Shown here piece after piece: positions 1 to 11,534 of a stretch of 49,518 nt of DNA (positions are counted from its first letter, which is position 1; every line of letters starts with the position of its first letter). A program made the translations under genes and the position numbers. Source of the DNA: Octopus bimaculoides (taxonomy: Eukaryota); the NCBI RefSeq assembly GCF_001194135.2, contig NC_068984.1:74564709-74614226 (forward strand), given 5' to 3'. The notes below the pieces were generated by a model. It was not told the DNA's origin. It saw only the letters and a program-made list of their open reading frames with translations, and searched no databases.

Positions 1-150
1 GTTTTACCTATGAATTTGCGTGTGTAAATTGGGAATGCATACAACGTTTCTCTGCCCTAGGTGTACGGAAAACACTCGGCGAGAAATGGGAAAAAATTTG
101 AAGAAAGAAGAAAAAAAAACATAATAATAATAATAATTAATAATAATAAT
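1..150 (+). mobile_element. 3' end of a non-LTR retrotransposon with (TAA)n tail
   Basis: Unique sequence ending in a (TAA)n tract at 121-150, typical of RTE-group LINE tails; no coding motif to confirm the clade. Confidence 0.35.
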
Positions 151-302
151 AGATGCCCTGGTGCAGTACCAGACAGTTGCTCTCATAGCTTCTGATCTTA
201 ACTGATTGGAAGTGTTATCATGTACATTACTTTGTCTTGGTGTAAAAGATGGGCTACAGTAAATATTCTGCTCAATACCACTGATTTGCTTGTCAGTTGT
301 TT
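151..302 (-). repeat. dispersed repeat (LINE 3' UTR or SINE-like), tail-to-tail with the previous element
   Basis: Minus strand ends ...GGTACTGCACCAGGGCATCT followed by (ATT)n; recalled as an abundant Octopus repeat, not verified by search. Confidence 0.4.
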
Positions 303-807
303 CCCTGAGAACCTCATCATTGTTCCCCATGACTAAATCTGTATATATTGCTCATGTAAAATTTCCACCGAGCACTTTGCCTGACTGGTACGGAACCGTG
401 AGCAACTGACGACATTTCAAGTGCCAAGCACCTAATCTTGGTGTTTTCTTGATCCAGTACTGCAACTCCGTCCATATTTGTGTTTGTTCCAATGCAACTA
501 ATCCCTCTTTCCCATTGCGCACAACATTCTTGATAATGACTTTCACCTTGTTTGTGATTTTTCTAATTGAATTAACCTAGGTTTCATCACTAACTTGAAT
601 TGTGCAGGACTTCTCGCAACGTACGTGTTCAAATTTTGACAACATTACCTTCTTCATTATTTTATTTCTATTCTTGCGGTTGGACGAAGAACATCAATAC
701 TTTTTCTGGATTCCGCTCTTTTGCTTTTTGGTGTGTATAACTTCTTTCCAAACATCACCATTAGATTTAGTCACAAAAGATTAAATTTTAGGGCATTAAA
801 CTTGTTC

Positions 808-1450
808 ATGAATATTGGAAAGAGACCAGCAAGTGAAAGTAACTGTGCAAAAAAGTGCCGAAAAGAGATTTTGTCGGTCGTTTAACTTTCTGAGGAAAGG
901 AAAGCGCAACTATATTGCAAAAACATTAAGTTTGCGAACACTGACAATCATTACTTGACAATAATTATAAAATTAGCTCGGTTATCCAAACAGTTACTCT
1001 GTTAACTTCCCAGTTGTTTCTTAGATCTGATGTAATGCTTGAAACGGAATCACTCGTGAGCGTATGTATAGATGATTTGACAGGATGTAATGTAACGAGA
1101 AATACGATTGTCAAGTGTATTGAAATTATAATTTTCTAAGACGATATGTAGAAAGTGGAATGTACAAATTCTTTTCTGATTAATAAAGGTTGGTTTAAAA
1201 GATCTAAATTTCAACACGGTTTCGTTTTTGCACTGCTGTAAAAAGATACGATGCCAAGCTTAATATTTCCAGCAAAAAATTGCTTCTTTTAGGTAATGCC
1301 CCAAACGACGTTAAGTCACCAAATGAAGTTAAGTCATCTTTGTCATAATGTGAAAGCAGTATATTTCCATGCACAATTTTGCCCCAGCCTATAGATCAAG
1401 GTGATACTTCAACTTCAAGGCGTTTTATCTGAGAATTTGAAACAACCCAA
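808..1450 (+). mobile_element. degenerate, internally deleted Tigger/pogo (DDE_1, CENP-B-like) transposase
   Basis: Frameshifted translation gives MNIGKRPAS..AKKCRK, MLETESLVSVCIDDL (CENP-B HTH), NKGWFKRSK (cf. ASxGWFxRFK), KKLLLLGNAP (cf. KILLLLDNAP), QPIDQG and FKAFYLR. The segment carrying the first catalytic D appears to be deleted. Confidence 0.8.
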
Positions 1451-1699
1451 GAAAGCAATTGCTATAGAAGAGATTATTTGGCATGTCTAAAATGATTTTG
1501 CATCTCCTAAAATGATAATTTATAAGGAATGATCGTGACGTGCTAAAAATAGTAGGTAAAGAAACCCCAAAAGACAAAATAACGTCCTATGAAAGAAAGG
1601 AACCATTCGACAATGCAGTGTCAGATATACAAAATGCTGAGATGCCCACGACTGGAATATCTTCTGGTCATATAATCATATACTATTATGATTGCGTAT

Positions 1700-1880
1700 G
1701 AAAAGGTGATAAACAATTACTGATGCTACTACTATTACTACTGTTACTACAACAACAACCACAACAACCATCACCATGACCACCGCCATGACCACCACCA
1801 TGACCACCATTACCATCAACACCATCACTATCACGACAATCACCATCTCTACTACTACTACTACTACTACTACTACCACG
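1700..1880. repeat. compound trinucleotide microsatellite (ACT/ACA/ACC)n
   Basis: Directly visible; source of the poly-V ORF. Confidence 0.95.
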
Positions 1881-2429
1881 ACAGAACTAGTAATGTGACG
1901 ACTGTATGGCGCTGTATCAATGACTTATCATAGACAGATACAGATGAAGACATCGATAGGCCGTTAACCCAACACTCAATTCTTTGCTCAAGTGTTTCTA
2001 ACCGGAAGTATTTTTCATCCATTATTCATTGTGGTTGCTTTATTGTAATTGTTGTTGTCGTTGTTGCTGCTACTGCTGTGCCTCAAGTCGTTGTTATTGT
2101 TGTTTAGTTCTATGTAGTGCCTCGTCGAACAAAAAAATCTTTTCGTTAAACGAATTCCAGCATCTAGCTTTCAGAAAATGTGTTTCTAGCACTACATTAT
2201 ACAATGTGTACTTGTTTAAGTACGGTAATGTGATTTTGAGTGGGATTTGTCTGCTATTTTAGTTGTTAGAGTGACTGCTTAGAGTTTCAATCATTAGGCT
2301 GACTGCACCTACGATTGTACTATATGCGCCGACCTTCCCGCAACAAACTCGCAAGGTTGAGATGACTTACTAAAGTCATTGACACAACCGCTCCTTTCCT
2401 GGTTAACAAAACACGCGTAAGCATTCGCA

Positions 2430-2442
2430 CGCACACGCAGGC

Positions 2443-2496
<54 letters not shown>

Positions 2497-2722
2497 ACAC
2501 ACACATATAAGCTTACTTGGAAATGGATGCGTAGCGTCCAATAATATCATAATATAAATAATATATATATNNNNNNNNNNNNNNNNNNNNNNNNNNNNNN
2601 NNNNNNNNNNNNNNNNNNNNNNNNNNNNNNNNNNNNNNNNNNTATATATATATATACATATATATGCATATATACATACATATATGTGCATACTTACATA
2701 TATATATGTATATATGCATATA
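2430..2722. repeat. (CA)n and (TA)n microsatellites around an N gap
   Basis: Directly visible. Confidence 0.95.
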
Positions 2723-2723
2723 T

Positions 2724-3088
2724 GGGTACAGGACGTCACAAAACGTAAACATGAATTATGAAAATACGAAAACATGGAATACGAACTTTTTTTGCGAACA
2801 ACGAAAGAGGCAAATGGAAAAGACAAGACAAATAACATAAAGAAAGACGCTTCAGCAGTTGTCGGCTGTTTATCTACTCCACATTTCGAGCAATTACGAC
2901 AAGCTGTGCCTTCGAGGAAACAGTTGCTTCTGCAGACCAAAATAAAATTTGGGATGTGCGGAGGGTCAAAGTTAGTAACAAAAACAGGACAGTGAAAACA
3001 AAACAGTGAGGGCTGCTAAGCCATAATGAGATGAGGTGGCGAACGCTGGAAGAACAAGCTTTGACAGGAGAAAAGCTAGGAGAGAAGA
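2724..3088 (-). mobile_element. PLE-like pseudo-LTR fragment, family 2 (ends GACGTCCTGTACCC)
   Basis: Homologous to the + strand copies at 8029-8146 and 9385-9552 (shared CGAAA..CAGCTGACAACTGATGAAGG-like block and GACG(T/C)CCTGTACC end); all lie in (TA)n tracts. PLE identity is inferred from hammerhead-like motifs. Confidence 0.55.
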
Positions 3089-3190
3089 TATATATGTAAG
3101 CATGTACATATATGTATGTATATATGCATATATATATATATATATATATATATNNNNNNNNNNATATATATTATATATATATATATATAT

Positions 3191-3238
3191 ACCCATGTTT
3201 ATATATACCCATGTTTATATATACCCATGTTTATATAT
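3191..3238. repeat. 16-bp minisatellite ACCCATGTTTATATAT x3
   Basis: Three exact tandem copies. Confidence 0.95.
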
Positions 3239-3251
3239 ACACACATCCGTA

Positions 3252-3292
<41 letters not shown>

Positions 3293-3344
3293 TCCACCAC
3301 CACTTAGAATTGCTGGCCTTGAGCCTAAATTATAAAAGCAATTT

Positions 3345-3800
3345 TTTTTCCTTTACTTTTTATTTGCTTCAGTCATTAGATTGCGGCCATGCTGGGGCAA
3401 CACATTGAAGGATTTTATCGAACAAATCGCCCCCAGTACTTATTTGATTTTTTCAAAGTTTGGTATATGTACTGTCGGTCACTTTTACCAAACTGCTAGT
3501 TACTGGGATGTAAACAAACCAACACCAGTTGTCTAGCAGTGATGGGCGACAAACAAGATCGTGCATTCCCGAGCGCGCATACACATACATCTATATAAAT
3601 ATACATATGTATACACTCACACGCACGCACATATATATGCATATATAGAACGGACTTCCATGTTGTTTCTGCCTACCAAACTCTATCATACGTCAATGAT
3701 CGTTTCGTGGCTGTAGCAGAAGATACATATCGAAGGCGCTACGCAGTGAGAATGAATCCGAAAGCACGTGGGTACGAACCGAACTTCTTAACCATGTAGA
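3345..3800 (-). mobile_element. SINE family A, diverged full-length copy
   Basis: Reverse complement matches both halves of 6965-7389, with a microsatellite between them. Confidence 0.8.
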
Positions 3801-3943
3801 ATGAAGAATTTGTTGTTGGTTTCGAATCTCGCTACAAAACAAGAACTTTGGAATGTCACCAGGAAACAGTGCACGGAGTTACAGTATTGACCCAATCGAA
3901 CTTGGGCTTTTGACATTGTTTGTCTACCCATATCAGGGACCGT

Positions 3944-4202
3944 GGAGGCGCGTGGCTTAGTGGTTAGGGTGTTGGACTCATGATCGTAAGATTATGGTTT
4001 CGGTTCCTGGACCGGTCGACGCATTGTATTCTTGAGCAAAACACTTCATTTCAGGTTGCTGCAATCCACTCACCTGGCAAAAATGGGTAATCCTGTTACG
4101 GCCCGGCGTCACGTCCAGGTCGAGAATTTATATGCCATGGAAACCAGGAAACCGGTCCTTATGAGTCGGCATGATTCAAGAAGGAAACTTTACCTTTTTA
4201 CC
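3944..4202 (+). mobile_element. tRNA-derived SINE family D
   Basis: A box TGGCTTAGTGG, B-box-like GGTTTCGGTTCC, central TTCTTGAGCAAAACACTT shared with 36896-37206, CTTTACCTTT tail; degenerate 12-bp TSD ATATCAGGGACC (3930-3941) / ATGTCAGAGACC (4203-4214). Confidence 0.85.
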
Positions 4203-5228
4203 ATGTCAGAGACCAACGCTGCATATTTTACCCCTTCCCGGCATAACTCCTTCTACGGGCGTAAACCCTTTCATCACGACAAGGTCGCACATCTTCGTAG
4301 GCTACTGATTAAATAAACCAAGTTACTTCATGGATATTTCGTTTTATCGATCCCGGAAAGATAAACTGTCGGATTTTCTAAATTTTAGTTTCAGAGTGAC
4401 CAACCTTGGATCACTTTGCACATCAATTGAGAGTTTGCGAGTCTTTTTGTATGACCCAGCTCTAAATTTTCTAATGTATCATTCCTTTTCTTTTGAGATG
4501 ATCGGGTGTGATGTGGGAGAAATTTTCATTAGGTCGAACCATAATGTAAAAGTTTCCTTTTTAATTCAAGCTGGAGACTATTGAGATGAATTCGCTGAGT
4601 GAACAAGGCATTGAAAGAATTTACAGAGACTAAAAAGATTAGTTAGTGATAAACAAAGCCACAAGATAAAGTTTAACGACGGCTTTATTTACATCTTTTT
4701 ACAAACCAAAATATTAATATAGGTATGAAAAGCTATATCAACCATCATAAATAATATATGAGATCTCTATACTCCAAAGAAACCCGCAGGAACGTTGGAG
4801 ATCACAAATAAAATCAAAGGCATGAAATGACTTGTCACTGAGATGAAGATGAATTCGGCGTTCTACAAGTTTATTCGTGTTATATAAATTTTAGAGTACA
4901 CGCGCGCATGTGAGTGTGCGTTGGTATGTGTGTGAGTATGTGTATATATATGTATGTATACACACTCGTGCGCTCACAGATATGTTTGCATGTCTTGTAT
5001 GTCTGTATATAACGAGTCTATAGAGTGTTGGGGAAAAAGCACACATGCTATACTGGGCATAGTTTGTAGAACCTGTCGGTGACGAAAATCCCGAGTATCT
5101 TAGTTACTGGCAAAAACTGGTTTGATGAGCCCATATTAGTTTTTATGTGAACTTAACTGCAACTCTGCAGCTCTTAGCTGCCGGTATGATCGCTGAGCTG
5201 ATCACTGTTCAATATTTTGATCACCAGT

Positions 5229-5426
5229 AGGGTGGCGTGCTGGCAGAATGCTTAGCAGCATTTCGTCCGTCTTGACATTCTGAGTTCAAATTCCACCGAG
5301 GTGTGCTTTGCTTTTCATCCTTTCGGAGTTAATAAAATAAGTATCTTTTGGGTACTGGGGTCGATGTAATCGACTTAACCGACCCCCGAAATCGCTGGCC
5401 TTGTGCTAAAATATGAAACCAATATT
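5229..5426 (+). mobile_element. SINE family B (tail type 1)
   Basis: GCTGGCAGAAT head, TTCTGAGTTCAAATTCC B box, CTTTCATCCTTTCGG..ATAAAATAAGTA..GGGGTCGATGTAATCGAC core, GCTGGCCTTGTG..GAAACC tail; many copies in the window. Confidence 0.85.
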
Positions 5427-5559
5427 TTGGTCACCATTAAACTGAGGAGAGATTTCATAGCAGGTTTGCCCTCAGTGATTGCTACATTTGTTGTGACTAT
5501 GGCTGCCATGACGGTCACTCAGAAACAGCAACGCTCGCTAATATAGCACTGGTAGCGAA

Positions 5560-5762
5560 AGGCAGTGAGCTTACATAATCGTTAGCCCACCGGAAAAACT
5601 GCTTATGGCTCTATACTCTGACTTCAAATTTCCCCCGAGGTTCACTTTGCCTTTCGTCCTTTCAAAGTCGATAAAATACGTACAGGTTGAGTTCTGGGGC
5701 CGTTGTAATCGACTAGGACCCTCATATAAAGTTTCAAGCCTTGTACCTATAGTAGAAAGAAT
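5560..5762 (+). mobile_element. SINE family B (tail type 2)
   Basis: Same head and core, ending TTTCAAGCCTTGTACCTATAGTAGAAAG. Confidence 0.75.
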
Positions 5763-5844
5763 AACTATAGCATCGGTCGCGTCGTGGTTTGATTTGTAAA
5801 GTGAAGACGTAATTACATTTATTAACGAGGTAAGTGCTCTGGTC

Positions 5845-5953
5845 TGATTGGTCTTCAAGGTGATGACGTAGGTAAGCATGTGAACACTGACGTGTATGGG
5901 CGTTGAATAAACGGGTGGTTGTGCCAGGTGATTGGTCCGAAAGGTAATGACGT
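5845..5953. promoter_or_regulatory. candidate duplicated CCAAT-box + CRE module
   Basis: TGATTGGTC-N4-AGGT-N-ATGACGT at 5845-5869 and 5929-5953, plus an extra TGACGT at 5888-5893. Function not shown. Confidence 0.3.
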
Positions 5954-6259
5954 TAGCATTCTTTTTGACACCAGTCTGTCATGTCTTAAACGATTGTTGA
6001 CAAAAGTAAAATAGTGAATCTACGGTCGAGTCATTAGGCTTCCAGAGAAATAACAACATGCGGTATTTGCTACAAACTAATAGTTATTCTGATCATGGAT
6101 TCCTGTGTAGGACCCACGCATATTACAAATCTTATGCAGTTGTTTAAGGTTGCACATCTTCGGTAAGCTAACCTGTAAGTCTTATCAGTTATAGTCATCC
6201 ACTCGCTTGTGGCCTAACAAGTCTAAGCAAGCCATTAATCAATTAATCATTGATTCCAA

Positions 6260-6418
6260 CTCGAATACGCCAACATTGTTAACTCTCAGCTACAAGCCAA
6301 TGGAGGAATTTACATGGTACCACGATCTGCCAGAATCAACAGATTTATTTTCCTTAAAATAAAGCAGTAATTTTAGCAGCTCGAGAGACCAGCCGCATTA
6401 CAAAAAAGTCAATATATT
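6260..6418 (+). repeat. 5'-truncated copy of the element at 6745-6964
   Basis: Alignable by eye with 6791-6964 (TCGAATAYGCCARCATTGTTAA ... AAAAAAGTCAATATAT). Confidence 0.75.
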
Positions 6419-6744
6419 GTAGAAAACAAGAAGCACACACATGCGCACATTCATTACTTTTTTTTAAAGAATAAACGGCACCATTACATTTTTATAAAAG
6501 AAACAATTTAGCTGAACTTTTCTTTTTTAAAATATTAATTATCTAAAAAAAAAACTTTCAGATCTCAAAGCGCGTAGTTCTTTATGAACCTACCACTTTC
6601 TCTCCCCTTCATCTGGTCAATACCGTAATTCCGTGAACTGCCTCCTGGTGACATTCCAAACTTCGAACTTAAGCAGTACCTTTCTATAAAAAAATTCTTG
6701 ATTTGTGGCTAAGTTGGAAACCAACTATAAGTTCTTCATCCTCC

Positions 6745-6964
6745 ATGGCTGTGTGGTTAAGAAGCTCGGTTCGCACCCACCTGTTTTCGGATTCGAATAT
6801 GCCAGCATTGTTAATTCACAGCCAGGAGGAATTTACTACATGGAGGAATTTACTACATGGTCCCGCGATCTGCTAGAAACAGCATATTTATTTTCCACAA
6901 AATAAAGCAGCTATTCTAGCAGCTAGAGAGACCAACCACATTACAGAAAAAAAAGTCAATATAT
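6745..6964 (+). mobile_element. SINE-like element with family-A-type tRNA head and a distinct body
   Basis: Head GGCTGTGTGGTTAAGAAGCT..GGATTCGAAT; body duplicated at 6260-6418; internal 17-bp tandem GGAGGAATTTACTACAT x2. Confidence 0.55.
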
Positions 6965-7389
6965 AGGCGCAGTAGTGGCTGTGTGGTAAGTAGCTTGCTT
7001 ACCAACCACATGGTTCCGGGTTCATTCCCACTGCGTGGCATCTTGGGCAAGTGTCTTTTACTATAGCCTCGGGCCGACCAAAGCCTTGTGAGTGGATTTG
7101 GTAGACGGAAACCGAAAGAAGCCTGTCGTATATATGTATTTATATATATATATATATGTATGTGTGTGTATATGTTTGTGTGTCTGTGTTTGTCCCCCCA
7201 ACATCGCTTCACAACCGATGGTGGTGTGTTTACGTCCCCGTAACTTAGCGGTTCGGCAAAAGAGACCGATAGAATAAGTACTAGGTGTACAAAGAATAAA
7301 CCCTGGGGTCGATTTACTCGACTAAAAGGTTGTGCCCCAGCATGGCCGCAGTCAAATGACTGAAACAAGTAAAAGAGTAAAAGAGTAAA
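6965..7389 (+). mobile_element. SINE family A, full-length bipartite copy
   Basis: tRNA-like head (A box TGGCTGTGTGG, B-box-like GGGTTCATTCCC), 5' half to about 7130, internal (TA)/(TG) tract, 3' half ending CAGTCAAATGACTGAAAC plus (AAAAGAGT)n tail. Confidence 0.9.
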
Positions 7390-8028
7390 TATTGTTGAAA
7401 ACGAAGTAACAGGCGTAGACATGATTATGGCTGAAGGTGGAACTCTGCAAACACGAAGCGTAACACAGACAGACTGAAAATAAAGAGAGTGAAAGACAGA
7501 CTGCGAAGGTGACGGGAGTGTAAGGATTGGGCATGAAACTGTACATAATATGGTGGTGAAGGAGAGAGAAGCGATACAATGAAGGGAAGAGAAAGTAGTG
7601 GGTGCATAAAGAACTACGCGACTTGAGATCTGAAAGATTTCTTTTTAGATAATATTTAAAAAAAAGAATTAGGCTAAATTTATTCATTTAAAAAGACGTA
7701 ATGGTGCCGTGCTTTGAAGCATGAGTGTGCATATGTGTGTAGTTCTTGTGTGCATGCGGCGTGCAGCATGCACGTGGAAGATAGCAGGGGTATGGAGGTG
7801 AAGAGTGAGGGATGAATGGAAAGAGGGCAGTTAGTGTGTGTGTGCATAGGAAAATTTTAAGCTATACATTTGATACAAAATGTGTGTGTGTGTGTGTGTG
7901 TGCGCGTGCGCGTCTCTGTATGCATGGATATATATATATATATATCAGGTTTTGCTATTAAATTAGACACGGTCTGAGCCAACCCTTGGTCGAAACATAT
8001 CTAAGTTACATATATATATATATATTAT

Positions 8029-8146
8029 CTTCGAAACGTCTTGTTAGAATAGAGGCAGCTGACGAAGGATTAATTCCAAGTGGTGATCTGTTTTCCTATG
8101 TGTGCGTTCCGTTGTCTGTAGTTCATTGTTCTAACGTCCTGTACCC
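8029..8146 (+). mobile_element. PLE-like pseudo-LTR fragment, family 2
   Basis: CGAAACGTC, CTGACGAAGG and ACGTCCTGTACCC end; flanked by (TA)n. Confidence 0.5.
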
Positions 8147-8235
8147 TGATATGCATCTATATACACATGTAGATGTATGTACATATATGTGAGTATACAT
8201 GCATACATATTCTTTGTATTATATATATATGTATG

Positions 8236-8273
<38 letters not shown>

Positions 8274-8783
8274 CATATTATATTATAGATGTCTGTATTG
8301 ACACACAAACATACATGCATATGTTTATATGCACACACGCAAACACTGTTAGACTTACTACGAAACAATGGTGGCATTGTAAATAATCTTATATATCATA
8401 TTCATATTTTCTTCATCCAGCCACGTCGGGTAAATGTACTAAGTACTCATAATGAAATTGAAATACATTAAGATATAGGCTTTGAGGGCACCCACTACAT
8501 ACCGTGAATAATGAAATATAGTGTACTGTTTCAGTATATTCGGGAATTAATCAAACATGGAGACTTATTCTGCTCACTAGAAATTGGGGCTTTGTATGTG
8601 TTACTACCGACTGAAAGTGGAAAGCACAGTCACACAGAGGTATATGCTCATGTGTGTGTGTGTGTGCGTGTGTGTGTGGGTGCACGCGCGTGTGTGTGAG
8701 TGCGTGTGTATAATACATATAACTACCTACCTACCTACCTACATAAACACACACATACACGCACACACACATAATTATAGACG

Positions 8784-8929
8784 CTTCAGCATGGCCCCAG
8801 TCAAATGACTGGGACAGAAAAAAAAAAAATATATATTTTTATATATATATTTTTTTACTTGTTTCAGTATTTGTCTGCAGCCATGCTGGAGCACCGCCTT
8901 TGGTCGGCCGGAGGCTATAGTAGAAGACA
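8784..8929. mobile_element. two SINE-A remnants tail-to-tail (+ 8784-8817; - 8857-8929 with internal deletion)
   Basis: Both match the SINE-A 3' end; the minus copy jumps from the 3' half directly into the 5' half at CTTT 8898-8901. Confidence 0.8.
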
Positions 8930-9384
8930 TTTTCTTTAACATATACATGCCCACACAGGACCTGCATTAGACTTCTCACTCGTATTGCTACCGAGAGTCT
9001 AACTACCGCCCTCTCGCAGCACTTACATAGCCTTACTTGCCATCTTTAGTCTTCTGGAAACCAATACCTCTCTCTCTCATATGTATATATATATATATAT
9101 ATTTATATACGCTAGAAAGAACTGCTAGGTTCTAGAACCACAAAATTAGGTATAAAATCCCGAAAAGGAACGAAATGAAAAATAAAAACTTTTACCATAT
9201 CATTCCTGGACCAAATTGGTTTCTGACTTATTTTAGCAATTTAAAATAATTTGCTAGGTGAAGTCATTATCAACAGGTACACCCAAGGCTAACATATATA
9301 AACACGAGGTAATCAATTCCATGCCTCCCGTTTATACATCCTAATTTTTTTCAGATCTACTGCGCATATATATATATAAGACTC

Positions 9385-9552
9385 ATATTGTCGTTGAATG
9401 TTCGAAATGAGGAGTTGATATACAGCTGACAGCTGATAAAGGGTTGTACTCTTCTACTTGTCCCATTTTCCATTTTTCTCTCGTTGTTTGCATATTTAAC
9501 TCGTTTGTTTTCGTACTTCATGTTGTTTACACAGTTGGTGACGCCCTGTACC
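9385..9552 (+). mobile_element. PLE-like pseudo-LTR fragment, family 2
   Basis: Aligns with the reverse complement of 2724-2900; flanked by (TA)n. Confidence 0.55.
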
Positions 9553-9994
9553 AATATAAGCATATATATATTTAATTTATATTATTATTTAATTGAACGC
9601 CACGCATCCATTTCCAAGTATATATATATATATATACGTGTGTGTGTGTGTGTGTGTGCGTGTGTGTGTGTATGTGTGTGTGTGTGTGTGTATGTACTTG
9701 TATATATATGTGTTAGCCCTCCCCCGCTTGACAACCGGTGTTGGTTTTGTTTATGTCCTCGCAACCCCGTGGTGTATGTGTGTGTTACACTCCTGATCGT
9801 AAGCTTGTGGTTTCGATTTCTGGAACGGGAGATGCGTTGCGTTTTTGTTCCTATTCATGTTGGTATGACAATGGAGATCGATAAAATAAGTGTCAAACCA
9901 AAATACGTAACTGCAACGATGCGATCGAATACAAAATACTTGAAGGCAGCTGGACCCACTACATTCATTCGAAGACCGATAAATGAAACCAATA

Positions 9995-10146
9995 TAGTGC
10001 GGTAAGTAGCTTGTTTACCAACCACATGGTTCCGGGTTCAGTTTCACTGCGTGGCACCTTGGGCAAGTGTCTTCTACTATAGCCTCGGGCCGACCAAAGC
10101 CTTGTGAATGGATTTGGTAGACGGAAGCTGAAAGAAGCCCGTCGTA
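9995..10146 (+). mobile_element. SINE family A, 5' half
   Basis: Near-identical to 6980-7130; the matching 3' half is at 11618-11786. Confidence 0.9.
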
Positions 10147-10728
10147 TATATGTATATATATATATATATATNNNNNNNNNNNNNNNNNNNNNNNNNNNNN
10201 NNNNNNNNNNNNNNNNNNNNNNNNNNNNNNNNNNNNNNNNNNNNNNNNNNNNNNNNNNNNNNNNNNNNNNNNNNNNNNNNNNNNNNNNNNNNNNNNNNNN
10301 NNNNNNNNNNNNNNNNNNNNNNNNNNNNNNNNNNNNNNNNNNNNNNNNNNNNNNNNNNNNNNNNNNNNNNNNNNNNNNNNNNNNNNNNNNNNNNNNNNNN
10401 NNNNNNNNNNNNNNNNNNNNNNNNNNNNNNNNNNNNNNNNNNNNNNNNNNNNNNNNNNNNNNNNNNNNNNNNNNNNNNNNNNNNNNNNNNNNNNNNNNNN
10501 NNNNNNNNNNNNNNNNNNNNNNNNNNNNNNNNNNNNNNNNNNNNNNNNNNNNNNNNNNNAAAAAGATACAGGTAATACCGAGTAAGTGTTGTATACCGAC
10601 TAGTTTTGCCCCAGTCGTTGTATGAACAGGATTGGGGATTATAAGTCGTGTATTAGCGTGTGTATGTATAAATATATAAAAAGATAAAGAGAGCAATGGT
10701 AAAGTTGGAAATATATTTTATAGATAGA

Positions 10729-10777
10729 GTCTTACAGCTGTTTCTGGGAAGATCCAGTACTTCCCTTCATCGGAGAC
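10729..10777 (-). ncRNA. minimal type I hammerhead ribozyme motif (U4C variant)
   Basis: Exact reverse complement of 11486-11534. Confidence 0.6.
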
Positions 10778-11020
10778 AGAAATAGTAAAGGAATCGATTA
10801 TTATATCCATAGGTGGAGAGTTATAGTATGAAGTGAGAGTGAGTGTGACGCGCTGAAAAAAGAAAGAAAGAGAAAACAGTACCTGGAGTGTAGTTTCATT
10901 CCAGTAGTATATGCACTTACTCGGTATTACCTGTATCTTTTTGGGTTTGGTTAAATCCAATACCCTCCTCAACCTTGTCATTTGCTTTTGCTAGCACTTA
11001 TAACGGGTAACACCTAAATA

Positions 11021-11371
11021 ATGGATAAAGAGATTCTTGGCTTCTCCCTTAAGGACACTCCCATTCCTTCACAAAAATCTTTTACTGTGCTCCTTCTAGC
11101 TAAGACTAGGGATCTCATCCGACGAATGAGATGGAAGGCCTTCTTCCACGATAACCAGACATATAGAAACGACTCAAGTAGCAGCAAATTCAATCTCACA
11201 TCGTATAATAATCCTCCACATAATCCACACCTTGAAAAATTTGAAGCGGATATGATTGATTTAATAAAAAACATTAAATTCTCTAAATCCAATTCTAACT
11301 TTCAAAAAAAGCTATCACAGACCATAAAAAGAATTTCTAATTCCCCCAAATTACATAAACTACTGGAATGA
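11021..11371 (+). pseudogene. N-terminal part of a PLE RT/GIY-YIG polyprotein, truncated by fusion to the pseudo-LTR
   Basis: FSLKDTPIPS..LIRRMRWKAFF..PP..LEKFEADMIDLIKNIKF..NFQKKL..IKRI matches the conserved region preceding the RT in PLEs; the last codons are read from the repeat that starts at 11361. Confidence 0.8.
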
Positions 11372-11485
11372 AACTACACTCCAGGTACTGTTTTCTCTTT
11401 CTTTTTTCAGCGCGTCACACTCACTCTCACTTCATACTATAACTCTCCACCTATGGATATAATAATCGATTCCTTTACTATTTCT

Positions 11486-11534
11486 GTCTCCGATGAAGGG
11501 AAGTACTGGATCTTCCCAGAAACAGCTGTAAGAC
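11486..11534 (+). ncRNA. minimal type I hammerhead ribozyme motif (U4C variant)
   Basis: Helix I GTCT/AGAC; core CCGATGA; A; helix II GGGAAG/CTTCCC; A; GAAA; palindromic helix III ACAGCTGT; GUA cleavage triplet. Confidence 0.6.

Noticed and set aside
352-790. Minus-strand semi-open frame, with NMDGVAVLDQ vaguely like piggyBac MGGVDxxDQ
   Set aside because: No further piggyBac motifs; the similarity is too short.
3944-4015. tRNA-like sequences at SINE heads (also 18420-18489, 39336-39405, 6965-7030)
   Set aside because: They continue into SINE bodies with tails and TSDs, so they are not tRNA genes.
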